The position numbers and the translations under genes are program-made. From Lingula anatina (Eukaryota > Animalia > Brachiopoda), in the NCBI GenBank assembly GCA_051362555.1, contig CM120641.1:10478001-10542000 (forward strand): a DNA stretch of 64,000 nt, read 5' to 3'. The notes beneath the pieces are model-generated. The model was not told where the DNA came from. It made no database searches and worked only from the letters and a program-made list of their open reading frames with translations. Positions 13,301 to 26,500 of this stretch are shown piece by piece (within the stretch, counting starts at the first letter, position 1; each line of letters opens with the position of its first letter).

Positions 13301-16300
13301 TTTTTTTCATATAAGCTCTTCTAGATTTAACCAGAGTGTAAAAAATGAAAATCTTGGAAATAAATATTGTTGTTGGCTCTTAGTTTTCACAGAGATGATG
13401 AGTCAATCAACAGATGTGATGGCAATGACACCATGGACTTAAACAGCTTCAAACTGAGCCTTGTTACCCCTGGCAAGCCAAACACCTGCCCTAAAATCAA
13501 GTTTGCCCGCCCAGTGCAACTGAAGCTGATCAATGCTGACTGCAGAGAATGGAGAAATAATGTCTCACTTTTGTTCGTCTTCAAGGAAAATGTTGCCTAT
13601 TCCATTAATGAGCAGTGTAACTGCGGGTTCTCAGCAGATTACATAGCAGGTGTGTATTGTGCATGTCCAGGGATAAGATTTTTATTTCAAGCAGCTCACG
13701 TGTTGCACTGCTTCATGTATCTGGCTTAAATTTTATCTCAAATGATGATGGTGACACCATGGCCTCTGCTTGATAGTTGTGTATTTTCCATTTAATGATA
13801 AATTGGCAATCAGTTATGTTTTTTACCCTTTCTTTTAACAACTGGTAAACAATTCATTATCTTGATGTCACAGTTAATGAAAATTATTAAAGCATTGATA
13901 ACCGCAGTGAAGCACTATAGAAATGTGCATTATTGTCTATTTTAAGTTGCCAAAGACAATTAGATATTTACTCAAAGAGAGAAAAAAAAGCGGGCAGATG
14001 TCTATGGGCCAAAATGATGTTATAAACAGTAGTTTTGTCTTTCTCCGACAGATTTGAAGGTACATTGTGGTGGCAGTGTGGTCCTGGTGTTCAGTATCAT
14101 AGGGACTTCTGAAGAACATATCAAGAATGTCTACTCATCATTTATTGAGTATGTGAACAGTAGTAAGAGCATCAAAGTAGCCGGCCATCAGTATAACCTT
14201 GAATCCTGCATAGACAACAAGTGTTATATACAGCCCAGTGGACAGACAGGGAAACCAGGTAATGTTGAGAATTTATTTATTTATTTATTTATTCTCTCCC
14301 TCTCTCTCTCTCATGCATGCGTAAAATGAGTTGGTATATGGTAGTATTGTTGTGATGATGATATCATTTTGCTGTCATATTACATTTTTTATTGCAGGTC
14401 AGCTGGGAGTGAGCGTTGGTGTAGGGCTTGGTTGTGCTGCAGCCCTCATTGTAGTCATTATTGTCACTGTGATCTGTATAAAGAAGAGAAGAAGTGGAAC
14501 CCTGTAAGTATTTGACTGAGCTTATTTCATAATCTTAACTTCCTACATGAGTTTAGAATGATTTACTTTTTTCTTTTGAGAAGAGAGACAATTTCTCTTA
14601 TAGATCTATAGAAAAAAAAGGTAGGCAGACAGAGGGATGCAGGGACAGGCAGGCAAATGAGCTATATTTCACATTCATTTTGCCACTGTTGTTAGAGTAA
14701 AATTTACCGTAGGCATTTAGAAAAAAATCAAGTTGTTGTTTTGTGTGTGCATAGGCATACGTGTAGTTTTCAGCTGCTCTTTCTTTTACTTATTTATTTA
14801 TTTATTTATTGTAAAAATAAAATTATTTTCATTACTAAAATTATTTTCGTTACACTGCAGTTTTCAAACATAAGTTTAACAAATAACTATCTGATTTCCT
14901 GCTATATGATTCTTCTTTGTATAAATGTTTTGTAAATTTTGAGCAGTCTTTCTAATGCTTAGTACTCTCACTAAAAACTTCTATTTAACAACACTGTTAT
15001 CTGTTATTAACTTGTAACTGTCACATTTTTAGTGCTTCTTTCACCTGTTAAAAGCCATGTGTATCTTGTATGCCATGCACTATTTGACACTGACAGCATT
15101 ACTTGGTTTCTTGTGTAGGATATATCAGATGAGCCGTCTAGACAAGCATGAGGATGAGGATGGATTGATTGATGATTAATTTCTTTGGTATGGTGTTAAC
15201 GCATGTGCACGGAAGTGGCAGACCTACATTTTTTGGAAATTTGAGACAAAGATGGGGGATTGGGGGTAGAGGGGCAGTGTTTTTTAATGACTTGTTGAAC
15301 ATTATATTCTTTGTTAATGTTGATGGAGGAAAGGTGTGGCCACTTGGTCTGCTAATGTGTATGTGACAAGATGTCTTCCTCATCCCATTGTGCTGCAAGA
15401 AATTCCCTTTTAAGTGCTTTTTGTGTATACCTCACCTGGTGATTCATGTTTGATTTTTCCCTATTCATGTCTTAAGAATACAAGTGGCAATATTGAGAAG
15501 ATGTTATCTAAATTGGTTCCTCATTGATAATACACTGGATTAATTCTCTTATGATTATGTATGATACATTGGTTTATATGCATGCATTTTCAAATGTTCT
15601 GTAGATAAGATATTCTATTTTATTTAAAATTATGCTTTACATATGGCCAACTTCTATAAATTGCCATCTGCACATTTTAGAATAATTTCCCTGCTTCTTT
15701 TGTTGTTTCTGAAGATTGAAGAAAACATTTGATTATCCCTTTTATGTCCCTAATGATCAAAATGGTGGTTTTTCTCTTTTTTATTTTTGGAAGGGAGATA
15801 TCTTCTTTTAAATGTATTACAATAGCGTCAAAATGGAACAAAAACAGTTCCTTGCAAATTTAGCAGCATATTTTGATGATGCAGTTAGCTTTAAAATTGT
15901 TTAAAATTTATTTTAGATATGTTTTTGCTGCCATTTTGTGATTCCATACTCATCTGTTTCTGTAATTAATATTAAATTTACATATGTACAGTGTGTGGAA
16001 CTCCAATGTCATTCGAACCTCTTTTCTTGTCACAACAGATTTTACATTTTCTGGTGGATTCTTAATATTTGTGGCTATGAAATGTTTTATTTTCATTTCA
16101 TTTCTGATATTGTTTCTTTTTCTTATTTATGGTCCAGAATCTGTCAATTGCATTTATTTAAACACATCTGAAAAGCTTTTTCCAGCTTAAAGAGAAATTT
16201 AGGCCTTTTGAAAGGCTTGCACATCACCTGTATTCAATTATTAAAAATGTGGAAAAATCTGTTAATTATCCAAATATATTTTGTGCCAATTTTGGACATT

Positions 16301-16577
16301 GAAATATTTTATGATGGAGTATATTTAGATTTTTTATATTGTTAGGGGCATGATTTGGTAGGTATTAACTGTCAACAAACTGCTTTGTGAATTTTTTTTA
16401 AATAAATCCCCTTCTGCTCTTTGTTATATAATTTCATTCATTCTATTTATTTTCTCTCATTTTAGGCACTTCCAAATGGCACGTTTTGATGACACGGATG
16501 ATGACCTAGAAGATGAATGGGTGGGAGGTGCACCAGCCAGTTTTAACAATCCTCTCTATAGTAAAATACTCTCCTGA
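2022..16577 (+). CDS. Type I transmembrane protein with 9 tandem lamin-tail-domain (LTD)-like repeats, SEA-like domain, TM helix and FxNPxY tail (~1964 aa)
   Basis: Exons 2022-4269, 4599-4792, 5146-5279, 5941-6100, 6313-6445, 6720-7090, 7335-7502, 7818-7992, 9516-9681, 10084-10448, 10803-10952, 11280-11452, 11662-11817, 12063-12288, 12486-12670, 12863-13062, 13384-13649, 14052-14258, 14398-14503, 16466-16577. All introns are GT-AG and the total of 5895 nt stays in frame. N-terminal hydrophobic signal-like segment (CLWLLLTAAFVA). Repeats begin [IV]INE[VIL]NxDxPgxDxxEF[IV]EL and end TPGxxNxC. TM segment GVSVGVGLGCAAALIVVIIVTVICI followed by KKRR; tail ...ASFNNPLYSKILS*. Confidence 0.85.
4294..4340. 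repeat. (CT)n microsatellite
   Basis: Perfect dinucleotide run in the first intron after the large exon. Confidence 0.95.
5448..5794. mobile_element. MITE with ~80-bp terminal inverted repeats
   Basis: GGCACTGTTCACATGAAAAATCC...GATCACGGTCTGTGCCCT and its reverse complement AGGGCACAGACCGTGATC...TTTTTCATGTGAACGCTGCC. AAA flanks both sides (3-bp TSD, Harbinger-like). Intronic. Confidence 0.8.
8175..9247. mobile_element. Non-autonomous DNA transposon, PIF/Harbinger-like
   Basis: TIRs GGCCACACTTTTTTATTTTTATGGATGACATCCT / AGGATGTCATCCATAAAAATAAAAAATCGTGGCC. TTA TSD at 8172-8174 and 9248-9250. CpG-rich interior unlike the host intron. Confidence 0.85.
15119..15179 (+). CDS. Alternative terminal exon of the LTD-repeat receptor (short acidic/dileucine tail)
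   Basis: Acceptor TTTCTTGTGTAG, phase 2 like the 16466 exon. Encodes (L)IYQMSRLDKHEDEDGLIDD*, similar to (L)HFQMARFDDTDDDLED of the distal exon. Confidence 0.6.
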
Positions 16578-19500
16578 TTATCATTTATCATCATCCTGTT
16601 ATTATTTGTTTAGCAGGACATCAATATTTTTTGGATTTTTAAAAAAATTATTGAAAGGAAGAAGATTATATTTAGATTAATTTATTCAACAAAAATATGA
16701 AAAAGGAGACTCATTGATATGCCTTTTTAAGTATCTGTCTGTTGCCCAAGAAGATCATGCACTGATTTAAAGTAATTAAAATAGGGAGTGATTTTGATGT
16801 ATAACCACATGTATGATCTTAAAGCAATGCTCATAAATGTGTGTAGAAAAGGAAATGAATCTGAATGTGCCAATTTTAACCCGTTTAAAGTGATAAAAGG
16901 ATGATATTCAGAGGATTAACACTATTGAAGTGAGATCATTCTTGGTATCTTCATTATCAAAGTATCATTTATTTTTTAGTGCTAGAACCCAATCTCACTC
17001 TGAGAAGAACCTCTTAAAATTAGATCTGATTTTTAGATTATGATTCTCACTTGATTGCCTAAAGTGATATCTTTTGAAGGCCATGAACTCCAAATGAAAG
17101 CACAATGTTTGTTGAGATAGTGGTATTGACACATGCTTTTATGTTTTTGTTTCTTTTTACTGAATTTGTACATGCCATAAAGCAGTGCAATTGATTATCA
17201 AATACATTTCAGTTACAACGTCTGTGGTTGAAAGGTATCTTTTAGATACTATTAAAAAAAGAGATTTTACTTGGATTAGTCATTTACTCAAATTCTCTCT
17301 GACCCAATATTTCATGTTCTGTTTTTGAATGTAAATGTACCTCTTTGTCTTTTGGTTAAGTTAAGTGATAAAGTATGTTTAGCCTTGATTGCAGAGAGTG
17401 AGGGGAATTAAAAAAAGAAAATGTATATTGATCCAAGCAACATGGAAACAGAATGAATTTAATTAAGTTATTAATAATAAGTAAGTATAGTATGAAGTCC
17501 ATTAACAGTTTTTCAAAATGAATGCTGTCTAAATGCTCTCATGAATGCTTCATATTTTCTTGGTTGTTGATATTTTGAATATATTAATATGATATTTATA
17601 AATATATTGTGTGAGTTTTTATATCATATCAAACTGGATGCTTTATTTTGTTTGTTGGTAGGTGGTAGTAATCTGCAATGTTAAAATACAAAAACTGATT
17701 ATCTCCTGAAGCATAGATTACATTTGCCACATGATGTCTGTAAAGTGCTCTTATACAGCCCATAAATCCATTTTCAAGTGGCATCTGTGCAGAGGCAGAT
17801 GACCATGCGAAATCATTGGAAATTGTACAGATTCATGATAATGATAATGGTTGAACCTGTTTTTAGTCTCTTCCCTACCCTTGTTGGTAGTTTTGTAGCA
17901 GGCATAACAATGGTATAGATGTTTAAAACTAAGTGTAATTCAATAGCATAAATTTGAAATTGATCTTCCAAAATTTGACCACAAGGGTAAAAATGATAGG
18001 GGGCCACACAGAAGGTGTACTGCAACTGCACTGAGACTGAAATGGATTCGTACGATATCAACCAAAAATAAAAACAAAAAAAATATTCCCCACTTGACCG
18101 CCGTAGCTCACAGCTACTTATAATGTCAAAAAATTGTACAGAAAATTGTGTACAATTTCAACGTACGGCACCAGTGGCAAATGTAATCCAGGCCTTAGCA
18201 ACACGAAAGGCTGCAATTTGTTTTGAATTAGCACAGCTTCATTGCATTGGCAGTGGCATGTTTTAGTAGAGAAATGTTACAAAGTATTAACTTAGCACAA
18301 GTTGAGTTGCCAAAAAGATGGCAAACATTTACTGTAACAGAGAAGTATACATGGGACCCTCTAAGTAACATAGGTCTCTGCTTGTACCAACTAATAGTCA
18401 TGGACTATACAAACTTATTGTCCCTCTCTTCAACCCAATGCCATTAAAGTATTATTGAGTTCAGTTGCATAATATATAATGATAAATGTAGATTTTAGCC
18501 CTTATACTTCAATATTCAAGCATATCTTTTTCATACTAGATTTATAACCTACTAATAATAAATATGATAAGAAAAGTAATCTTTCACTTTGCAAGTTAAG
18601 TTTATTTAAGAATTGGTCAGGACTGACCGTCCTAAAAATGAAATTTAATTCTAAAAATTTCCACTGAATACAAATTTATTTGTGTCATACTAATTGTTTC
18701 CCATATTTTTTGTACTATAACTTTTTTACTTTACCACTGAGCATTGACTCTCCAATTTTTTGTCAAATTTGTGTTTGTAAATATTTAGTATTTAGTTACC
18801 AAAGGACATTTTAAGAAATATTTGTGAGTAAAATGATTTTGTATTGTATCTAAGAGTATTGATGATTTAGGTATATTATATTTTACCATAAAATCGAGTT
18901 GGAAAAATCTGCTTCCGCCATGTTTGCAAGAACTGACACTGCCCAAAAAGCAAATTTGAGTGCTCATTTGTAATACTTTACCCCTAAATTATCTGGTCAC
19001 ATTTCTTTACAAGGTTATCTTTTTTTTTTTTTTTTTTTTGTTTCCAATTGGAGTTTTAAGGTGCAAATTAACGTTTACTTCATATTAATTCTGAAACACT
19101 GAATATGCTTAGATCTGATAATGTGTGAAGTGATTTTAGTATCAGGAAGGAAGGAAGGAAGCAGCTATTAGGATCTGAAAGTCATTAATTGTGCCAAATT
19201 AAATTATAAAATATTTATGAGCAACATATGGCAGGTATAACATTTTTCTGCGCACAACATGTAGCATGACTTATGTTAAAGATTTTGACAATATTCCCAT
19301 TCACTTGAAAAATGTGGGCAAAACAACATGGTTATTAAGCTAAAGTTTAGATGTACATCACAATTATTGTAATTGATATTATGTCAACAGTGTAAAATAC
19401 TCTGCAAAGTTAACAACTAAAATTCTTTAATGTTCTCACGTCCAAAGTTTATTTCTCTTCAGTGATTGAGATATTGGTAGTATGTTACTGTAATGTCTTA

Positions 19501-19905
19501 TAAAGTAATGCTCCTTCAAGTTGTTAATTTCTCATTTACTCAAATTTATCATCAGTTTCAAGTCATTCCTTTGCACTAATTTTGCTTGGCATGCAACTAT
19601 ATTTTAATACTGATCATTTATATTCGGTACATAAAGATAAATATCTCATATATTTCACTTATTGGTAGCTTGGAAAATGTGTTATTCTATGATACTGTTT
19701 ATAACCATTGCTCTTAAGTCTTAAGATGATACTTATAGTTGAAAGTAATGATACCTAATCATTATTGTTACAGTGTATCATTATTTCTTATCATACATCA
19801 TATATTATCCCAGTGTGTTAATGTTATTCAGAATTGTATTAGTTCATTTTAAAGAGTGTCTCTGAATGTAAATTGATGTTTGCTTAATTTCTTATGAGGT
19901 TTAAG

Positions 19906-20142
19906 AAATCAACTGAATTTTCTCTTAAATACGTATGTAAGATTATAAGAAAAGAGCTTTTATGAAATGAGATGTGTATGTTCAAAATTTCTTTGAGATA
20001 TTACGAGTTAACTGTAAATTCTAGTCGATTCTAAGATCGTCTACATGAACAGTTCAGGAAATCAACTGAATTTTCTCTTAAATATGTAAGATTACAAGGA
20101 AAGTACTTTTATGAAATAAGATGTGTATGTTCAAAATTCCTT
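19906..20142. repeat. ~85-bp direct repeat pair flanking a ~65-bp spacer
   Basis: AAATCAACTGAATTTTCTCTTAAAT...GATGTGTATGTTCAAAATT at ~19906-19993 and ~20059-20142. Confidence 0.75.
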
Positions 20143-22029
20143 AGTTCATGACACAAGAGTCCTCAAATAGGAATCTGCATATTGTATGTTTGCATTTGTT
20201 ATGTATACTAATTTAAATAACATTCCATATTTGTGTTGGTGCATGTATTGTATTATTGAAAGTATGTAATCAAAAAGGTGGTTGATAAATAAATACATTC
20301 ATAATTACAGCTATAGTTGAAAGGTTTAAAGATTTTACCCAAACTCTTTGCCCATGCTCTAAAACAATATTTGTACGCCAAAGACCTTGATATTTGATAA
20401 TGCCTTATCTTTTTGGCAAGCAGGAAATCGGCCGCATTTCAAAATGGTATCATTTAGGAGTGGTATGGTCTTGGCAAATTGAGAAACACTAGTAACTACC
20501 TAATGGAAAATTGGAATAAAAAGTGGACGAAAAAGGAAAGAAATGGGCAAGCACCTTGATAGTATTTTTCCTGGGTTTTTGTGAGTTTTCATGTAAATAA
20601 AGGGGTCAAAATCTGGATGTGGGTGCTTTCAATGATGTCAACTTGTTTAGCCATCTAAATTCCATGGTTTAAAAAAGTTTGATTACTCTAAGTTATAACA
20701 CACACATACACGCACACACACACTAAAAAAAAAAAACAGTCAAAAAGATGTGAAATGTGCACTTTTGTGTCAAATTTAAGGCCCTTTAAGTCCTACACCT
20801 GACCTTCCAACCCCCACCCCATCCTTTTCTCCCAATTTTTTTTTTTGGGGGGGGCATACAGTTCAATTTAACAATATGCAGAATTCTGAAAATTTTAAAA
20901 GAGGAATTTTTCAAGATGATGTGGTTAACTATAAATAAACTATTATGTGAATGACGTCTATTCAACAACATCAACATAATGTTTCCATGTGAAGTATTTT
21001 GTTTACGGCTGATGCCTGATAGGGCATCTGTTGTCTGGCAGAAACCACCAGCTAATTTCCCATTGACAGCCATACTAAGAAATGCCTGCAATACTGCATG
21101 AACAAAATAATTGGGTGAAACATTTCCTATCCCCATGGACAGCAGAGACATTGACATAACTCTCAATGGCACAAAAATATTCTGTCATTAAGCAAACTTT
21201 CTTAGGAGCATTACTTGAACATGTGCACCCCTCTGTTTGTAAACAAACCACTGCACCGCTCACAGTCAGTAGCTCTCTGCCAGAGGTCTCATGACTGCAT
21301 AACACCTGTGCCTGGTCCTGAAAAAAAAAACTGGCTGTACATGTAGTTTACACCCTAACCTGATAGTTGACACCAAAATAAACACTAGCAACACACAAGA
21401 AAAGTCAGGAAAAAAAATGTGAAAAAGCACTAATTTTCTTTCAATGAACTAAATTTGTCTATAACAGTCAGTGATTGGTCCCTTCACAGAATCCCCCCCC
21501 CCCCCCGCCCCCCTTATTACCTTCTGACATCAAAAATTAAAACCTTGATACACTGCCAACTGCTCTGCACAATATGACTGGGAATGGTCTCTTGGTGACT
21601 CAGTACGGTCAAGTTGAAAATGCAGTTGCTGTATGTATGGGCTACTAAGCCAATATTGCACCTGGTGAGAAAGACACAATTTCATGAGTGATAAAAAGTT
21701 AAATGCAAATTTCTGTGCCTGAATTTGCTTCAATTTGTGTTGAAATTTGGACACATGATGCTGGACATGTGTGAAAATCTGAGATAAACATCTTGACTGG
21801 TTGTGACTAGTTTTTAAGTGCACTTTGCTGACGAATAAAGTGAGAAAAGTGGAAAATTACTGATAAAAAGATTTAAAAACATTTAAAAATTACTGAAACT
21901 CAAGTGCAAGGCTAATTGTCACGACTGTTGTTTGTTTGTGTGAGGACAGTAGTCACTTGCTTACCACATGTACATGTACAATTAATGCCGTGACGGTAAA
22001 GGTAGCTGGAAAAAACGAAGAAAAAGTGT

Positions 22030-22505
22030 ATTTGTGAAGGGACACATGCTAGCCTTTAGAAGACAGGAGTCTGAAAGGCCTCCAGAGTCCGTTGTGAGAA
22101 GATACATCAGACCCAGCCAAGAGTTGTACCAGGGAGCCTCCTCTCCACCCCCTGTCGGGCCACCAACAACCCTTAGCAGCAATCCTGATGCACCCGTCAC
22201 ACTTAGACCTAGGAGGACCCAGCCAGAGAGTTAATTTGTCCAGTAGCCAGTCACAACCCCAAGATAATGAATACAAGTTGGTTTCAGCAGAAAAAAATGT
22301 CAATCTGGTCAACAAAGTCTTGTCAGAGCATACAGCCGAGTGCACTGGCTCGATCAGTGGTTTGGGAAAAGTGGCAGAGAGCATATGTGGGGACTAAAAT
22401 GTGACACATGTCAGTACAGGACAGGGAAGCAGAAACTATATACAATGAAGTCCAAAGCAAGTAGCGTGGTCGGAGAGCAGTAACAGTGAATGCAAGCTTT
22501 CAAAC
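22030..22505 (+). pseudogene. Decayed transposase-like fragment (possibly Mutator-like)
   Basis: Across frameshifts and stops it reads ...HTAECTGSISGLGKVAESIC / GLKCDTCQYRTGKQKLY / NEVQSK*RGRRAVTVNASFQ. This H-x3-C...CxxC...KLYxE...GR...N pattern is one I recall from Mutator-like transposase N-termini. No splice structure. Confidence 0.4.
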
Positions 22506-23563
22506 AACAGTCGGTGGTTGGTCCATTTAGTGGTTTCTGCCCTGAACGGGCACGGCTCTCAGAATAAGTCGGAGCTTCTCTTTCTGTTCACGCGAGAAAT
22601 TACGTGAGTTAACAGTAAAGTCTAGTCGATTCTAAGGCCGCCTGCGTGAACTGCATGAACTAGGTAAATATACTGTAATAACGGATTAAAGTTTCTAAAG
22701 GTTTCCAGATTCAGTCTTTAAAGGACAGAAAAGAACTAACTTCAATTTATGCCAATTAGGCTCTATAAACCAAATAACAATGGTCAGTGACCTTCCAACT
22801 CGGACAGTCTCTCATGCACTCAGCTTGTTTGTTTTTCAACTTTGACAACTGATCAAGTCGATATTTGTGACATATTTTACCTCGGAGAACGCTCTCCCTT
22901 TGTTATCACTTTAAGTCAACCTCAAACGCATTCTTCGTTATCACAGGTTAGTTTTTTATTATACCATCGATGAGGTGGAATAAAAACCTACAATAGTAAT
23001 TGTAGTCATAACACATATGTTGTCTATATTTTTTATGTTTTTAGTAAACACAGGCGACATTCCGTTAGTTTTTTTAGGTTCAGGGATCATTTTGTACTGA
23101 TTCTTATTGTCTGCTGTAAAGTTTCATATAACTACTGGATCAGCCCACCAGGATTAGTGTTTTGATCACTTTTGATGACAGCTGTATGAAAGTTATAGAA
23201 GTCAATAAATTGCTTTCAAAAGCAGAAAGGGATCTTACTGGAACATGTTATAGGATTATGTGCTCTGCATATGTGTTGGGATCATTATGAAAAATTGAAT
23301 TGACTGAAAGGTAAACAATATACCTAATATATAATAATTATGTATTGTCAGAATGTAGCAATGAATATATAGTTATGTGATTTTTAAAGTAGGTTTATTT
23401 ATATTTATATTGATAATAACTCTGCAGTTCTTAGTCCATCTACTTTAACTTATGAATTTATATTTCAGGAATTGTGTCACAGTAAAAACAAACAGTGTAA
23501 CCTAAAACCAAATATGGAGATGTAAGCAACAAGAAACCAGTCACCTCAAGATCTTTATTGATC

Positions 23564-26500
23564 ATGACTGCTGTGTTTTGCTGGGGTGGAGCCTCCCAAG
23601 GTCAGCTTGGACTAGGGGGCTCTGAAGAACAAAAAGCAGTACAACCTCAGCAACTGGAGGTTTTTCAAGGCAGAGAAATCCAACAGATCAGCTGTGGTCT
23701 GGAGCACACACTGATTGCATTGAAAGATGGTAGCTTATACAGCTGTGGAAGTAATACTTATGGGCAGTTAGGGAAGGAGAAAAGCAGTGGTAAACCAGGT
23801 ATTGTCTTTTCTGATGTTGTTGTTAAGTTCATTTTCACCTTGTGTATCTACTATACAGATTGGTTGAATATCAAGATGTAATTCTGTAGTTTGTAATTGT
23901 AGCTTGGCATCAGTGCCATGTTGCTTTAAAATTTTCTCAAAAACATATTTTTATTCCTGCACTTTTGAGACAAATGTTGGGAATCATGTTGTCCTGCCCA
24001 TCCATGGGTCTATGGGTCCATATGTCTTTGCGTTAGGAGGAGAAAGCAGAAATTACTGACGCAAAGACATATGGGTCCATATGTCTTTGCGTTAGTAATT
24101 TCTGCTTTCTCCTCCTAGACCACCAGAGTTCGGAAGCTGGAACTTTGGGGATTGATAGATCTAACATCAGGGATATCCTTGGGCATTTCAGAATTTTGGT
24201 GCATCTTGGGGTTGAGCTGTCACTGGGGGGTCGGTTAGTTCTAAATTCTTTTCACTTTGTATTTTCTGTGTACTCCTAGATCAATACAGTTGGGATGTTG
24301 AAAATTTGGTGATTGGTAGACCCGTCATCAGGGATGTGCATAGGCACTTTTTAATTTTAGTGTGCCTTGGGGTTGGGCTGTTTCTAGTGGGGAGGGGGGG
24401 ATTGATTCTAAATTCTTTTTACTTTGCTAGGTTTACTTTGATGTCATGGACAACTCTATGTCTATTACTCTGTTTCAGAACTAGTTGGTGCATTTGAGAC
24501 GGGAATGGTGCGTTTGATAGCATGTGGAGCATATCACAACATAGCAGTCACTGACAGCAAGCAAGTGTACAGCTGGGGACAGAATTCTCATGGACAGTTG
24601 GGCAGAGGAGAAGCAGATAAAAACTTTAACAGAGTGCCAAGGTTGTTGAAAGGATTCAGTGCCAGTAGCTGTGTTATACAGGTTGCCTGTGGAGATAAGC
24701 ATACTGTTATATTGACAAGAGGTGAGGCAAATTGTTATAGACAAGTTGGCAAGGTAACCGTACAAGTCTGTGCTTTTTGGCTATTTAGCATAGTTACAGT
24801 GCATTATGATGTAAGTGAATTTATGATTTGAAAGCAACATCTTGTATCATCTGTGATGTGCTTAAAGCTAATATGATGATTTATTGCTGCTTTCATAGAA
24901 TTTACAAGTCATGCCTTGAATCTTAAGTATCAAATCACAATTTCTCTTTACACATCACTGGATATTTATATGTAAACCATTATAATTGAAATATATCAGT
25001 ATTAACCTGATGGTAAATAAATTATTTTAGATTTTCTTCTCAATTTCTTTATTTTCAGATGGCAGTATATTTGTGTGCGGTGACCATAGTCATGGTCAGC
25101 TTGGTATGGGCAATCTTCCTCAGGGCAGACTGGACTGTCCAGTGAGGCTAAAATGCATGCTAGGATTACCTATTGGTCAAATAGCCGCTGGTGGTCACCA
25201 TAGTTTTGCATTGACCTTGTCAGGGACCCTGTTTGGCTGGGGAAAAAATAAGTAAGACCTCAGCCTGTTAAGTTGGATATAAAATAGTGATACATTTTTT
25301 GTTTAAAATAAGAGTAGTGCTGGGTATGGTCTAATAGAATTTTATCAACCAATGTGGTCTGTTATTTTGTGATGTCATATTGAATTTATGTGATTTTTTT
25401 GTAATAATTGAAAATCCATATTAACTTATTTGAAATAAAGCATAATAATAGACGCAAAGAAGAATGTAATAAACACATTTTAATGTCTTTTAAGTTTCCA
25501 TATATTTTTGATGCGTTTCATGTGAGGACTTCCTCATTAGTTTTCATGACATTTTTATCTTTTTCATTTTAGTTTTGGTCAGCTAGGCCTTGGTGATGAA
25601 AAAGGTACTTGAGATTTTTTAAAAACTTATTTAATGGTTTGATTATTTTTTTTTAATGATTACACAATATTGTTAGCACTTATACAATGTGTTTCAGAGC
25701 ACTATCACTCTTGTTTTAACAGTTGATTAGTCATTATTTACCATATTTTACCCAGTATTTGTTTTATTTTAGATCGACTTTTTCCAACACTGGCAAAATC
25801 CGTCAGAAATCAGAAAATCAAGTATGTATGTTGTGGAGAGGATCACTCAGTGTTGCTGACACAGGTACATTTTAAACATTGTTGACATCTGCTTCCCTCT
25901 TTATATCAATGACAAAATTTTGAAAGTGTGACTCTTGGGTTTAAAAATTCAGTTATTTGTTTAAGTTGATATTACTTCGGTTAGAGCTGATATAGTTAAT
26001 AACAAGACTAGTTTCCTATACAATGGCATTTTGCCTGATGAAAATTGCAATGAGACAAAGGTATTTAATGAATACATTTATTTTCTTTTAGGAGGGTGGA
26101 GTGTTTACTTTTGGTGCTGGGTCCCATGGCCAACTGGGACACAACAGTTTAAACAACGAACTGCTGCCTAGGAAAGTGTTTGAACTGATGGGTAGCGAGG
26201 TCACTCAGATAGCAAGTGGGAGGTAACATTCAGGAGATATTTTCTTTTGAGAAAATCACAAATATTGTTTTGCATGTTATCACTTTTCCTCCTTAATTAT
26301 GAAGTAGCTAATATATATTAATATAATATCATGTATACTAGATCATTTTCATGAGAAGCATTACTGATCACACAAAACTTTGCAGATATGTTAAATTGTT
26401 CAGTCACTAGACTACATAGTCATGACAATGACTTGATCACCAGAATTTAGCAGAGAACTATCTGTGTATTAGTAAGTATTTAAATATGAAGTCCTTGTTT

